Counted from the first letter of the stretch, positions 8,983 to 18,233 are shown. The stretch: 27,274 nt of DNA from Verrucomicrobiota bacterium (GCA_049510745.1 JBEKYR010000059.1:1-27274); one strand, 5' to 3'. Made by a program: numbers and translations. The notes: generated from the letters alone by a model not told the origin.

Positions 8983-10047
8983 CTACTTGGTCTCGTAAAG
9001 CCGCGCGATTTCGACCAGGATCGCTTCCAGTTGACGATAGTAATCGTCCTCGTTCAGTTCCGGCTTTTTCGAGCGCAAGGCGCTGAGGTTCTGTTCCAAT
9101 TCGTCGCGGCGCGCGCGGACGGCAGGGGGCAGCTTTTGCTCGGATTCGCCGCGGACCAGAACCATTTGATGCGCGCGCACGCCGTCCACTGACTTTCCGC
9201 CCTCGGCGGTCTTGACGGCGCGCACGCCGTGGAACCATTCCAGCGGCGTTCCGAGTCCGTCGCCGTTGTCATCGATCAAGGCGTGCTCGGTCGCCAGGCG
9301 GCCTTGTTCCTTGTAGAACTGGTCCGTCAGCCGCGCGGCCAACAGGCACGCCTCCAGCAAAGAGGTCTGGCCATCCTTGTCCAAATCGGCGGACGGGTCG
9401 GCGATGGCGCGCGCCAAAAAACCGCCAAAACGCGTGGCGTTGACTTCGTAGCCGCTGCGCGTGGCGGTGACGATGACCCGGCCCGGCGCGGACAAGGCGG
9501 GGAGAAACGGGCCGCTGGCGGAGGCGCATTGAATGACGGCCAGCGGACGGTGGCAGGGCTTCAACGCGGCCGCCAGTTCGTCCGCCGAGATGTCCGGGCC
9601 GCGCAAATTGAACTTGGCGCTCCGGCCATCAAAGGTGCCGTGGCCCAGAAAGACCAGCCACAATTCTCCGGCGGGCCGGGACGCCTCCGCGGCCAGGACG
9701 CGCAGCAACCGCGTCCGATCATTCTCCGATTTCACGGACCCTGCGGATGATGCATACTGTCCTATGACAGTATGCCTTAAACCGCCCCTGGCGGCGGCTT
9801 GCTGCCACAGATCGGCGGCGGCGGAAAACTGGCGGGCGTATTCAGGTCCGCCCGGCGCGCCGATGACCACGATCAAGTCGCGCTCTTCGTTGGTTTGCGC
9901 GCACAGCGTCATCGGCGCGCACAGCAACAGGCCGAAAACGGCCAAGCGTATGAAGCGTGAAGCCGGCGAACGATCAGCCGAAGGTCTATTCAGCAACAGG
10001 CCGGAAACGGCCACGCGTAGGAAGCCGCCGCCCTTGACGCCCTTCAC
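8983..10047 (-). CDS. Exported protein with caspase/legumain (C13)-like fold, last gene of the MoxR operon
   Basis: GTG start overlapping the upstream TGA (10044-10047); signal-like N-terminus; VFLGHG and QCASASG motifs; ADLDKDGQTSLLEA and TEHALIDDNGDG. Confidence 0.65.
   Translation of the reverse strand: MKGVKGGGFLRVAVSGLLLNRPSADRSPASRFIRLAVFGLLLCAPMTLCAQTNEERDLIVVIGAPGGPEYARQFSAAADLWQQAAARGGLRHTVIGQYASSAGSVKSENDRTRLLRVLAAEASRPAGELWLVFLGHGTFDGRSAKFNLRGPDISADELAAALKPCHRPLAVIQCASASGPFLPALSAPGRVIVTATRSGYEVNATRFGGFLARAIADPSADLDKDGQTSLLEACLLAARLTDQFYKEQGRLATEHALIDDNGDGLGTPLEWFHGVRAVKTAEGGKSVDGVRAHQMVLVRGESEQKLPPAVRARRDELEQNLSALRSKKPELNEDDYYRQLEAILVEIARLYETK
9752..9775. repeat. 24-bp AT-rich palindrome inside a CDS, related to those at 12465-12562
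   Basis: GCATACTGTC-CTAT-GACAGTATGC has perfect 10-bp arms. Confidence 0.8.
9922..10025 (-). repeat. In-frame 35-bp direct repeat around a 34-bp unique insert (period 69)
   Basis: 9922-9956 vs 9991-10025 match at 32/35; protein FLRVAVSGLLL...FIRLAVFGLLL. Confidence 0.85.
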
Positions 10048-12605
10048 GGCAATCCTTTCCAACGGCGGATGCCCCACTCAGCCACGAAACATCCCAGCAC
10101 GCAGAGAAACACCAGAGGCTTTTGCCAGAGAGGGTCGCTCCACGTTTCCGTGATCGGCGCGTTCCGTCGCGGAAGTTTTTCCGCAAACTCTTTCAGCGCG
10201 GCCATGTCCACCACTTCCCCGCCAGTGCGGCGCGCCAGGGCTTCGAGCAGCCCGCGGTTGGGTTTGAGGGAACGGAATTCCTCCGCCGCCGGGTCCGACG
10301 CCCACCCCGCCGCCGCGTGCCCGACGACTGCGCCGTTTGCCTCCGTGACAACCGCCTCGACGGCGTACGCGCCGGCGTCGCGCGCCACATACTCGGCCTC
10401 GTACGTTCCCGCCTGGCGCGGCGATGCGTCCGCCACAAGCCGGATGACGTTGGTGGCGGCCGGTCCGTCCTCCGCGGCCTGGAAGAGGCGCACGGGCCGG
10501 ATGTTCAATTGGGCAAGGGCGCCGTCCAGAGGCATGAATTCCGCGTCGCGCGCCTTGACCACCAGGCGGACACGCGAGGGGTCGCCGCCAGGCGAGGATT
10601 CCGCGGAGACGGAAACCCGGGCCGGGACGTCGGCAACCAGCCAGCGAACGAGTTGGCGCCAGGACTTGGCCAAATCCTTTTGCGACGATTCGTCGCGCAG
10701 GCCCCAGCGCCACAAATCCCCGACCATCAGCGCGGCCGTGCGTCCGAAGCCAAACCGCTGCGCGGCCAGCGCCGGATAAGTATTGTTGTCAGCGTCCGAG
10801 ACGGTGGCGAGCACGCTGGCGCCGGGCTTGATCGCGGCAATGGCGTTGAGCACGGCGAACGGCGGGAGGGACTCCAGGCGGTCTTTTTCCTCGGATTCGG
10901 TGGCCCGCAAGCGCGTCCACGGTTGCAGCCAGCCTTCGCGCGTGAGCGTGAGTTTCCAGGGCGGCGGCCCCAGGGCGGCGGCGGGCGCGTCCAGATAAAC
11001 GGGCAGCATGGAGGCGACGGGGGTGCCCGCGTAATTTCCTTCACGAAAGGATTCCGCGCCGCCCAACATGAGAAAACCGCCGCCGCGCTCGGAGACAAAC
11101 CGCCGCAACAAGAGGATTTGATCGTGTGAAAAAAAATCCGCCTCGACATCGCCGAGGATGACGGCCTGATAGGCGTAGAGTTCGGCGGCCGTCTTGGGAA
11201 AACCGCCGCGCAACTCGAATTCATCCCTGGTATTCAGGCGCACGAGGACCGGCTGGTCGTAGCGCGCGGTTTCCTCGTTGGTGTCGCCGAAGCCGCGAAA
11301 GAGCGGATTGCTGGACTCGCCGAAGCGGCCTTTGAAATTAAACTTCGGCTCGCGGCGCGCGACGCGGATCAACGACACCAAATGCACCTGCGGATCATCC
11401 TCCAGGGCGCGATTGAGGAATTTGAATTCCCAATTGGGCCGGCCGCCGACGTAGAGAACGCGAAAGGGTTCCTGGCCGCGATCCACCACCACGACCCGGC
11501 GATTGTTGACAAGCGTCGCCTCGCGGGACCGCGCCTCCGGCCCGCCCAACTCGTCCGCCGCCCGGGCGGCCACTTCGTAAAAATGCAGGCCGGGTTTGTC
11601 CGGCTGGATTTGAAAGCGAAAACTCAGCGTGCTTCCGTCTCCTTCCACCCGCTGCCGTTGTTCGGCGACCACGTTGGAGGCGCCGGAGAGACGGAGACCG
11701 GCCTGATTGGCGGCCGTGGCACCGGTGGCGATTTCGATCAAGCGCGTCACCACTTCCGCGCCGGCAAAACCGCGGGCGCTGACGGCGGCCTGGATGGTGA
11801 CCGGCGCGTCTTCAAACGCCGTCTGGCTGACCGCCGCCTTCTCCAGCGCGATGTCCCGCAGCCCGGCGTCGTCGCCGATGACGACGGGGTAAACGGGCGG
11901 ACAGCCTTCCAGCGCGGGCGCATCCGCCGCCAAGTCCGTGGCATTGCCATCGGTGAAAAGGAGGACGCCGGCCACGGGTTGGCCGCGCCACAAGCCGGTC
12001 GCGGTGCGCAGGGCATTGCCCAGGGCTGAGGCGCGCCCCGCGAAATCCAAATCGCCAAAGTCGCGGATGTCTTGGAAATGGGAATCGAACGAATAGCGGC
12101 GAACCTGGAAATTGTTCTCCAGCGCCGCCTGCCAGCCGGCGTCGTCATTGGTCAATTGCCGGCGGAGCCGTTCGCCGCGCGATTGCGCTTGGGCGGCGTC
12201 GTGGATGCGCAGGCTCTGGCTGTTGTCGGCGAGAAGCGCGAAGATATTTGCGCCCGGTCGCGCCCGCTGGCTGAGGAGGAGCGGTTCCAACAGGCAGAGG
12301 GCCAGCAGCGACACGCCGGCCAGTTTGAGCAATCCGCAGGCGAGCCGGACCGGCCGCTCGACCGCGCTGCGATGTCCGGCCCAGACTAGCGCGACCGCGC
12401 TGGCCACCGTCAAGACCAAGACCGGAAAGAGCCAGGCGCGGGCGGAAAAGAGGATGAGGGCCAAGCATGACATGCTGTCATATGACAGTATGGCATGCCG
12501 CGTGTGGGCGGAAAACAGGAACATGGCCAGGCATGACATTCTTTCAAATGACAGCATGGCTTGCCACGCGCGGGCGGAGAGGAGGATTACGGCCAAGCCG
12601 GTCAC
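10044..12605 (-). CDS. Membrane-anchored vWA + class I glutamine-amidotransferase-like (DUF1355-type) protein
   Basis: N-terminal TMs; MIDAS-like DNSQSL and LFTDG; RPNWEFKFL, GGGFLMLGG; C-terminal EWGIRRWKGL typical of these operons. Confidence 0.75.
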   Translation of the reverse strand: MTGLAVILLSARAWQAMLSFERMSCLAMFLFSAHTRHAILSYDSMSCLALILFSARAWLFPVLVLTVASAVALVWAGHRSAVERPVRLACGLLKLAGVSLLALCLLEPLLLSQRARPGANIFALLADNSQSLRIHDAAQAQSRGERLRRQLTNDDAGWQAALENNFQVRRYSFDSHFQDIRDFGDLDFAGRASALGNALRTATGLWRGQPVAGVLLFTDGNATDLAADAPALEGCPPVYPVVIGDDAGLRDIALEKAAVSQTAFEDAPVTIQAAVSARGFAGAEVVTRLIEIATGATAANQAGLRLSGASNVVAEQRQRVEGDGSTLSFRFQIQPDKPGLHFYEVAARAADELGGPEARSREATLVNNRRVVVVDRGQEPFRVLYVGGRPNWEFKFLNRALEDDPQVHLVSLIRVARREPKFNFKGRFGESSNPLFRGFGDTNEETARYDQPVLVRLNTRDEFELRGGFPKTAAELYAYQAVILGDVEADFFSHDQILLLRRFVSERGGGFLMLGGAESFREGNYAGTPVASMLPVYLDAPAAALGPPPWKLTLTREGWLQPWTRLRATESEEKDRLESLPPFAVLNAIAAIKPGASVLATVSDADNNTYPALAAQRFGFGRTAALMVGDLWRWGLRDESSQKDLAKSWRQLVRWLVADVPARVSVSAESSPGGDPSRVRLVVKARDAEFMPLDGALAQLNIRPVRLFQAAEDGPAATNVIRLVADASPRQAGTYEAEYVARDAGAYAVEAVVTEANGAVVGHAAAGWASDPAAEEFRSLKPNRGLLEALARRTGGEVVDMAALKEFAEKLPRRNAPITETWSDPLWQKPLVFLCVLGCFVAEWGIRRWKGLP
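12431..12598 (-). repeat. Three 36-bp repeats separated by two related 30-bp palindromic inserts (period 66), in frame
   Basis: Copies at 12431-12466, 12497-12532 and 12563-12598. The inserts at 12467-12496 and 12533-12562 match at 25/30. Protein LAVILLSARAW/LAMFLFSAHTR/LALILFSARAW. Confidence 0.85.
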
Positions 12606-14536
12606 TGCCCGCCCCCCAATTTCTCGTAATACTTGCGCACTAAATCGGAATAATTCTCCGGCACGGGATCGTGATCGAGCGGGACCAGACTATTGGAGTC
12701 TTCCCGCCGCGCCAATTCCTCGCGGAGCCAGGAGCGGATTTGCGTCATCGGATCCAGCACCTGGACGCGCACCGCCGACGGGTCCGGTTTCCGGCCGGTG
12801 CGGCGGAAATCCGCGCGGAAGGCCCCGACCCGTTCGCGCACCGCAGCCAATTGATTGCGCCTGTCGGGCGCGTCGAGGACCTGCTCGACATCCCGCACCC
12901 GCTCCGTCCAGGAAGCGAAATCGTTACCGGTAACCGGGCCGTTGTTCGCGCCGCCAACGCCGTGGGCGCCGCCGAATTGTTGCACCATTTGGCGCAACCG
13001 ATCCCCGCCGCCCGCGTCATTTCCGCCCGCGGCCGTGGCTGGATTGTCCTGCGGCTGCGGTTGGCCGGCGGCATTTGCATTCTGGCCGGCTGCGTCTGTA
13101 TTTTGGCCGGCGGCATTCGTATTCAGGCCGGCGGCATTTGTAGTTTGGCCGGTGGCGTTTGTGTTCTGGCCGGCGGCGTTGGTGCCCGCGCCGGCGGCTT
13201 CGCGCTCGACCTGCGCGGCCAGGTCGTCCAGTTCCTTTTGCGCGTAACGCAGGGCTTCGGTTTCGTTGCCGAGAACGCTCTCGGCGGCGTGTTCGACTCG
13301 TTGGCGCAGCTCGCCGATATTCTGGCGGGCGGCGCGTTCGGGTCCGGCGGCCTGGGTAAGAAGGCCGCGGTCCACCAGTTGCGCGCCTGTTTCGAGAAGA
13401 TTTTCCGTGTGCATCTGGCTGGCGCGGCGCACGGCGTCATAAAGTTGCTGCGAGAGCAGCGGCTCGGTGCTTTCCGCCTGTTCGGTCAGGTTCTCCATGC
13501 CGGCGACGAGGTTGGTCAGCGCGCTTTGCTGGCGGGCCATTTGCTGAATTAATTGTTGACGTTGCGCGGCGTCATCCAGGGTCTTCTGCTTTGGATGGGC
13601 CAGGGACTCCAGGCTGCGCCCGATCTCCTCCTCCTGGCGGCCCAGGTCGCGCGCCTGGCTGCGCAACTGGCGCATTTGCTCGGCGAACTGGCTGGAGGTC
13701 TGGCGCCTCATGTCCTCGCGCAAATCCCGCAGGCCCTGCTGCGCCCGCGTGCCGGCGGCCAGCGCCTGCGAAACCGATTCGTTGCCGATTTCCTCGGCGG
13801 CGCGCCGGGTGTCCGAGCGGGCCTGTTCCAATTGCCGGCCGGCTTTGGACAGGGAGCTGGCGTTGGGGGATCGCTCCAGTTGCTGGCGCAATTCGTCCAC
13901 GTCGGCCAGCATTTGCCGCTCCTCATCCTGGAGGCGCTTGAGCTGGCGCCGAATGTCTTCGCGCTGCGCGTCGGTACGGGCTTCCTGCAAGGCCGTCTGC
14001 AATTCGCGCAAACGGTCGTTCAAGTCCTGTTGCCGTTGCGCCAGGGCCTTGAGGCGGTCGGCGATCTGCAATTGCTCGCGTTGCTGCTCGGTCGGCGCGG
14101 CGGCGGCCTGTCGTTCGGTTTCGTAACGGTTCTCGTCGCTCGTCATTTCAAGCTGGTCGAGTTGGCCGCGGCCCGGCTGGCCGGCGTGGCCGCCGGAGCT
14201 GCGATTGCGCGAGCGGGAAACCTGAAAATCGTGCGGGATCATTTTCAAAAGCGCCTGGTAAGCCGCCTGCTCGGCGGCCACGGCGGCGGGCAATTCCGCC
14301 GGCGTTTTTTTCGCCCGTTCCAGCGCGGCCTTCGCGCGTTCCATGTCTTTGACGGCTGTTTCCAGCGCGCCCCGGACCTGTGGATTGCCGGCGCGCTCCA
14401 GCGCCTGGCGCGCCTGCTGCAGCACCTGCTCCTGGGCCTCTCCGACGGTGGCGAGGTCGGAGCCGTCATCGGCGGCCAGCAGCGCGACCGGGCAAACGAA
14501 GGCGGCGAGAGCGAGCGTGACAAGATGAATTTTCAT
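12602..14536 (-). CDS. Long coiled-coil protein (C-terminal half of a DUF4175-like protein) with its own signal peptide
   Basis: Q/E/R-rich heptads; ENRYETE; C-terminal DPVPENYSDLVRKYYEKL; 4-bp start/stop overlaps on both sides. Confidence 0.7.
   Translation of the reverse strand: MKIHLVTLALAAFVCPVALLAADDGSDLATVGEAQEQVLQQARQALERAGNPQVRGALETAVKDMERAKAALERAKKTPAELPAAVAAEQAAYQALLKMIPHDFQVSRSRNRSSGGHAGQPGRGQLDQLEMTSDENRYETERQAAAAPTEQQREQLQIADRLKALAQRQQDLNDRLRELQTALQEARTDAQREDIRRQLKRLQDEERQMLADVDELRQQLERSPNASSLSKAGRQLEQARSDTRRAAEEIGNESVSQALAAGTRAQQGLRDLREDMRRQTSSQFAEQMRQLRSQARDLGRQEEEIGRSLESLAHPKQKTLDDAAQRQQLIQQMARQQSALTNLVAGMENLTEQAESTEPLLSQQLYDAVRRASQMHTENLLETGAQLVDRGLLTQAAGPERAARQNIGELRQRVEHAAESVLGNETEALRYAQKELDDLAAQVEREAAGAGTNAAGQNTNATGQTTNAAGLNTNAAGQNTDAAGQNANAAGQPQPQDNPATAAGGNDAGGGDRLRQMVQQFGGAHGVGGANNGPVTGNDFASWTERVRDVEQVLDAPDRRNQLAAVRERVGAFRADFRRTGRKPDPSAVRVQVLDPMTQIRSWLREELARREDSNSLVPLDHDPVPENYSDLVRKYYEKLGGGQ
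13061..13186 (-). repeat. 21-bp coding tandem repeat, 6 copies (N-T-N-A-A-G-Q)
   Basis: Units such as TTGGCCGGCGGCATTTGCATT and TTGGCCGGCGGCATTCGTATT. Confidence 0.9.
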
Positions 14537-16164
14537 GGAAACGTGGTCTGGGCGGGCGGTGATTTTTCCTGTTGCAGTTTCCAGGTGGCGATGACGATTT
14601 CCTTTTGCATCCCGGCCAGCGCGACGCCGGGGTCGTCCTGTCCCTGGCCCTGTCCCTGGCTGTCATCGCCCGCCGCGCCGGACTGCCCGGCGCGGAAGGT
14701 TTCCTCGAAGGGACGGACCTCGGCAAAATAAATGTCGCTGACGGTGCGGCGGGCTTTTCCATCCGGCCCGTAATCGTCGGCCCAGACAAAGTAAGCCAGC
14801 ACCTGATCGTCGCCGACGTCGAGGTCTTCGAGCGCGATAAGATAATTGAACTGGCGTTTCTGGCCGCCCGGGGCCGCCCGGCCCAGTTCGATCAGCTTCG
14901 GCTCCTGGCCCGCCAAACCGAATCCGACGCCGTATTTCAACAAGCCGAAATCGTCCGTCGCTTCCGCTTCCAATTGCAGTTCCTCGAGCCGGGAAACGCG
15001 CGGGTCGCCGCGGGGAAAGAGCAGCTTCAATTCCGGGCGTTTGTTGGGCAGGACTTGCAGGACGAAATCGGCGGGGAATTTGTTGGTGCGGCCGGCGGCA
15101 TCCTCCAGGGCCAGCGAATAACGGGCGCTGCGGGTCAGCGGGAAATCGGCCAGCACGGCCATGGCGTTGCTTTGCAGGGTCAGGGGCAGCGATTGTTCCC
15201 GGCCCACCCATCGCGCGCGGGCCACCGGCTTGTTGAATTGCAGCGTGTAAGTCAGGCGCGTGCCCTCGACCGCGCTGACGCGGCGTGTGTCAATAATGGT
15301 TTTATTCGTCAGGCCGGTGTAATCGGGAAAACGCAGCAGCGCGTCCGCGCGCACCAATGACGGGTAATCGAAAACGGCGATCTTGAAGTCGCGCGTCTTT
15401 CCGCGGCCATATTCAATATGGTAAAGCCCCTCCTCCGCGACCTCGCCCAGGCTGGCGCCGAAAACAGGATCGGCCAAATGCCTCTCCAGCGGGATGCGCC
15501 TGATCCGGCCCGAAGCGCCGGTCACGACCAGCGTGGCTTCCGCCGGCGGCGCGCCCCCAAAGCGGGCGGCCACCACCAGACTGGTCCCGCGTTCGACCTC
15601 GGTGTCCCCCGGCGTGACGGCAATGTCCGCCGGCGTCCACGAACCGAAGACGGGGCGCGCGCGGGTCGCGCCGTAGCCGAGAGCGAGCAGGACGATGAGC
15701 ATCCCGGCCAGCGCGGCCAGGAGCGCGGTTTTGGCGGCGCGGAGTTTTTGTTCCAGGCTGCGCCACCAGAACGCGCGCCGCGGATGCGCGAGCACCTCCT
15801 CGATCACCCGCAACTGGAGGTATCCGAATTGACCGGAAGCCGGGTTCGGCTCCTGCTCCGCCGCGGCGGAGAGCCAATGGCGGAGCTGCGGAAATTCCCG
15901 CTCGATGACCGAGACGACGGCGCGGAGATCCGCCTTGCGCCGGCGGTGCCGCCGCCATGCCACCAAGGCCCCCGCCAACCCGCCCAGCAACGGAACCAGC
16001 CAGACAACGGGTGAATTCCAGCCGGTGAAACTTTGCAGCAAAAGAAAGAGAACCCCCACCGCAGCCGCGACGAGCCAGCCGAAGGCCAATTCCCGGCAAA
16101 ACCGCGCCTGCCGGAGCGATTTCTCCAGGCCGGCGAGTTCATGGTCAAGACGCGGTTCCATCAT
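14533..16164 (-). CDS. Membrane protein with Ig-like domains (N-terminal half of a DUF4175-like protein)
   Basis: Three N-terminal TMs; VTPGDTEVERG, FPDYTGL, AEATDDFGL, SDIYFAEVRPFEE, QKEIVIATW. Confidence 0.7.
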   Translation of the reverse strand: MMEPRLDHELAGLEKSLRQARFCRELAFGWLVAAAVGVLFLLLQSFTGWNSPVVWLVPLLGGLAGALVAWRRHRRRKADLRAVVSVIEREFPQLRHWLSAAAEQEPNPASGQFGYLQLRVIEEVLAHPRRAFWWRSLEQKLRAAKTALLAALAGMLIVLLALGYGATRARPVFGSWTPADIAVTPGDTEVERGTSLVVAARFGGAPPAEATLVVTGASGRIRRIPLERHLADPVFGASLGEVAEEGLYHIEYGRGKTRDFKIAVFDYPSLVRADALLRFPDYTGLTNKTIIDTRRVSAVEGTRLTYTLQFNKPVARARWVGREQSLPLTLQSNAMAVLADFPLTRSARYSLALEDAAGRTNKFPADFVLQVLPNKRPELKLLFPRGDPRVSRLEELQLEAEATDDFGLLKYGVGFGLAGQEPKLIELGRAAPGGQKRQFNYLIALEDLDVGDDQVLAYFVWADDYGPDGKARRTVSDIYFAEVRPFEETFRAGQSGAAGDDSQGQGQGQDDPGVALAGMQKEIVIATWKLQQEKSPPAQTTFP

Positions 16165-18233
16165 GGGATTGCTTTGGTGGTTGTGACGCGGCGGGCCAGG
16201 CCGCCGCTCAAAAGAATCTCCCCCAATGTAACCGTCAGCGCGGCGACAATCAACCAGCGCCAGATTTTTTGCCGGTTTTCCAATTCCGCCCGCTGCAATT
16301 GGCGCTGGCGTTGGAGCTTGGGCGCGGCGGTTGGGTCCGCCGCCGTGCCCAGCGGCACGCCCAACCGGGCCAATTCATCCGCGGGCAACGGAGCGACGCG
16401 GCTTTCCTCCAGGCGCAGGTTCACCGCGAAACGCCGCTCCTTGCCCGCCGCCACGGCGCGATAAATCCCCGGCGTATCCGTTTCCAGAAAAGGCGCTCCT
16501 GCCGACAAGACCGCTTGTGTCCCGTCCGGCTTTTGCCACTGCACGGCCGGGCCGGACGAAACGGGCGAGGGAATCGGCTCGCCGGTCCGAAACTGGCAGC
16601 GGGCCGGGGCGCCGCCGCCGCTCCATTCGAGCATCGTTTCCATCAACGGCGGAAATTTGCTCGAAACCGCCAGTTGGCTGTCCGCCGGGTTCCAGCCCGC
16701 GGCGAGCACCAGGAGGCTCCCGGATCCGGCGGCGATTTGCGCCAGCGCGGGCGAGCCGTCGTCGAATTTCGCCAGCACGCGCGCCGCGACGCCCGGCGGG
16801 ATTTCCCAGCGCCGATGTTTCCAGAAATGAATGTGCGTGAAATCATTGAAACGCGGGTCGTCAAACGGCGCGAACAGCGGATGCCGGAAGTCAATCTCGC
16901 CGAGCAGCGCGTAATCCCCGCCGGCTTCGGTCACCGCCACCTCCGGCACGCCGAGCAGCGCGGCCAGGGTCGGCCCGGATTGCGCGCCGGTCAGGACCAG
17001 CAGCGCGGTTTTGCCGGCCCGCAGCCAGCCGCGCACCGCCGCGATTTCCTCCGGGGCGAGCCGGCCCGGAAGGACGGCGAAGGCGGCCGGTGTCAATAAT
17101 TCGGAAGCGAGGGCGGCATTTGTTCCGCGCGAGACGAATTGCACCCGCCGCCGGGGCGTCGGCGGAAAGACGCGTTCCAAATAGTAGAGCAATCCGGTGG
17201 AATCCCCGGCCGCCTCCGAGCCGGCGTAGGCGATGGTCACGTCTTCCACTTCCGGCGCGGCGAAATAAGAGCGGTTGTCGAAATCCGCGTCGTCGCCCGA
17301 CAATTGCAGGACGCCGGTCATCGCGCCGGCGGGCGGCTTGGGCGCCGGGAAAGTCCGGGTCTGCCCGGCGGTCAAGTAGATTTCCACGGAGAGGCCGCCG
17401 GTCCAGCCCAGGCGCAGGTTCTCCTTGCGCGAATCGCGGGAATTGGTCACGCGCACGCGCACGTCATTCTCCGGGCTGGCGGTCGCGGCGGGTTCGAGGA
17501 TTTCCAGGCCGGCGTTGGATTGCGCCTTTCCTTCCACCCGCTCGAGGATGACCCGCGTGGCGGCGGGCCAGTCGTGTCCCTGCAATCCGTCCAGTTGGGC
17601 GCCTTCCTGCAAATCGGAGATCAAGACCAGTTCGCGGCGGTCAGCGGGCGGGCCGGCGGCGGGACTGTTGCGGAATGAATCGGCGGCGGTGGTCAGGGCC
17701 AGGCCGAGATCGGTCTCCATCCATCCCGGGGAAACGGAGGCCAGGCGCGCCCGCGCCAGCGCCGCGCGTTGATCTGGGGCCGGGGAGGACCATTCGGAAA
17801 AACTAAGCAGCGTGCGGGGCTGACGGTCAAAGGTCATCACCGCCACAATATCGGCGGGCGAAGTCCTGGCAAGGTATCCGTCCGCCACCGCGCGTGCTTT
17901 GTCCCACAGTCCCTCCCGGCGCATGCTGGCGCTGGTATCGACCAGCAAGACCAGTTGGCGGCCGGCGCCGGCGGCCGCGGGGAGCGTGTTGTCCCTGGCG
18001 AAAAACGGGCGCGCAAACCCGGCCGCCAGGAGCGCCAAACAAAGGCAGCGCAAGAACAGCAACAGGAGATGTTCCAGCTTCCGGCGGCGCACCGTGCGCG
18101 GCGGCGTGGGAGCCAGGAACATGAGCGAACTGAACGGCATCCGCTCGCGGGCCGAGCGGCGGATGAGATGAAACAAGACCGGCCCCGCCACCGCCAGCGC
18201 GCCCCACAGGAACCATGGCGTGAGAAAACTCAT
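16161..18233 (-). CDS. BatA-domain + vWA-domain membrane protein
   Basis: BatA N-terminus MSFLTPWFLWG...PVLFHL...FSSLMFL; MIDAS DTSASM; ISDLQ; C-terminal TM. Confidence 0.88.
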   Translation of the reverse strand: MSFLTPWFLWGALAVAGPVLFHLIRRSARERMPFSSLMFLAPTPPRTVRRRKLEHLLLLFLRCLCLALLAAGFARPFFARDNTLPAAAGAGRQLVLLVDTSASMRREGLWDKARAVADGYLARTSPADIVAVMTFDRQPRTLLSFSEWSSPAPDQRAALARARLASVSPGWMETDLGLALTTAADSFRNSPAAGPPADRRELVLISDLQEGAQLDGLQGHDWPAATRVILERVEGKAQSNAGLEILEPAATASPENDVRVRVTNSRDSRKENLRLGWTGGLSVEIYLTAGQTRTFPAPKPPAGAMTGVLQLSGDDADFDNRSYFAAPEVEDVTIAYAGSEAAGDSTGLLYYLERVFPPTPRRRVQFVSRGTNAALASELLTPAAFAVLPGRLAPEEIAAVRGWLRAGKTALLVLTGAQSGPTLAALLGVPEVAVTEAGGDYALLGEIDFRHPLFAPFDDPRFNDFTHIHFWKHRRWEIPPGVAARVLAKFDDGSPALAQIAAGSGSLLVLAAGWNPADSQLAVSSKFPPLMETMLEWSGGGAPARCQFRTGEPIPSPVSSGPAVQWQKPDGTQAVLSAGAPFLETDTPGIYRAVAAGKERRFAVNLRLEESRVAPLPADELARLGVPLGTAADPTAAPKLQRQRQLQRAELENRQKIWRWLIVAALTVTLGEILLSGGLARRVTTTKAIP

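Noticed and set aside
9752..9775. LexA/SOS box
   Set aside because: CTGT-N6-ACAG does not fit the E. coli-type CTGT-N8-ACAG or the TGTTC-N4-GAACA type, and the site is deep inside a CDS.
12431..12598. Bona fide CRISPR array (36-bp repeats, 30-bp spacers)
   Set aside because: The repeats are degenerate coding sequence, the two spacers are related to each other, and there is no leader or cas gene. Kept only as a scar-like finding.
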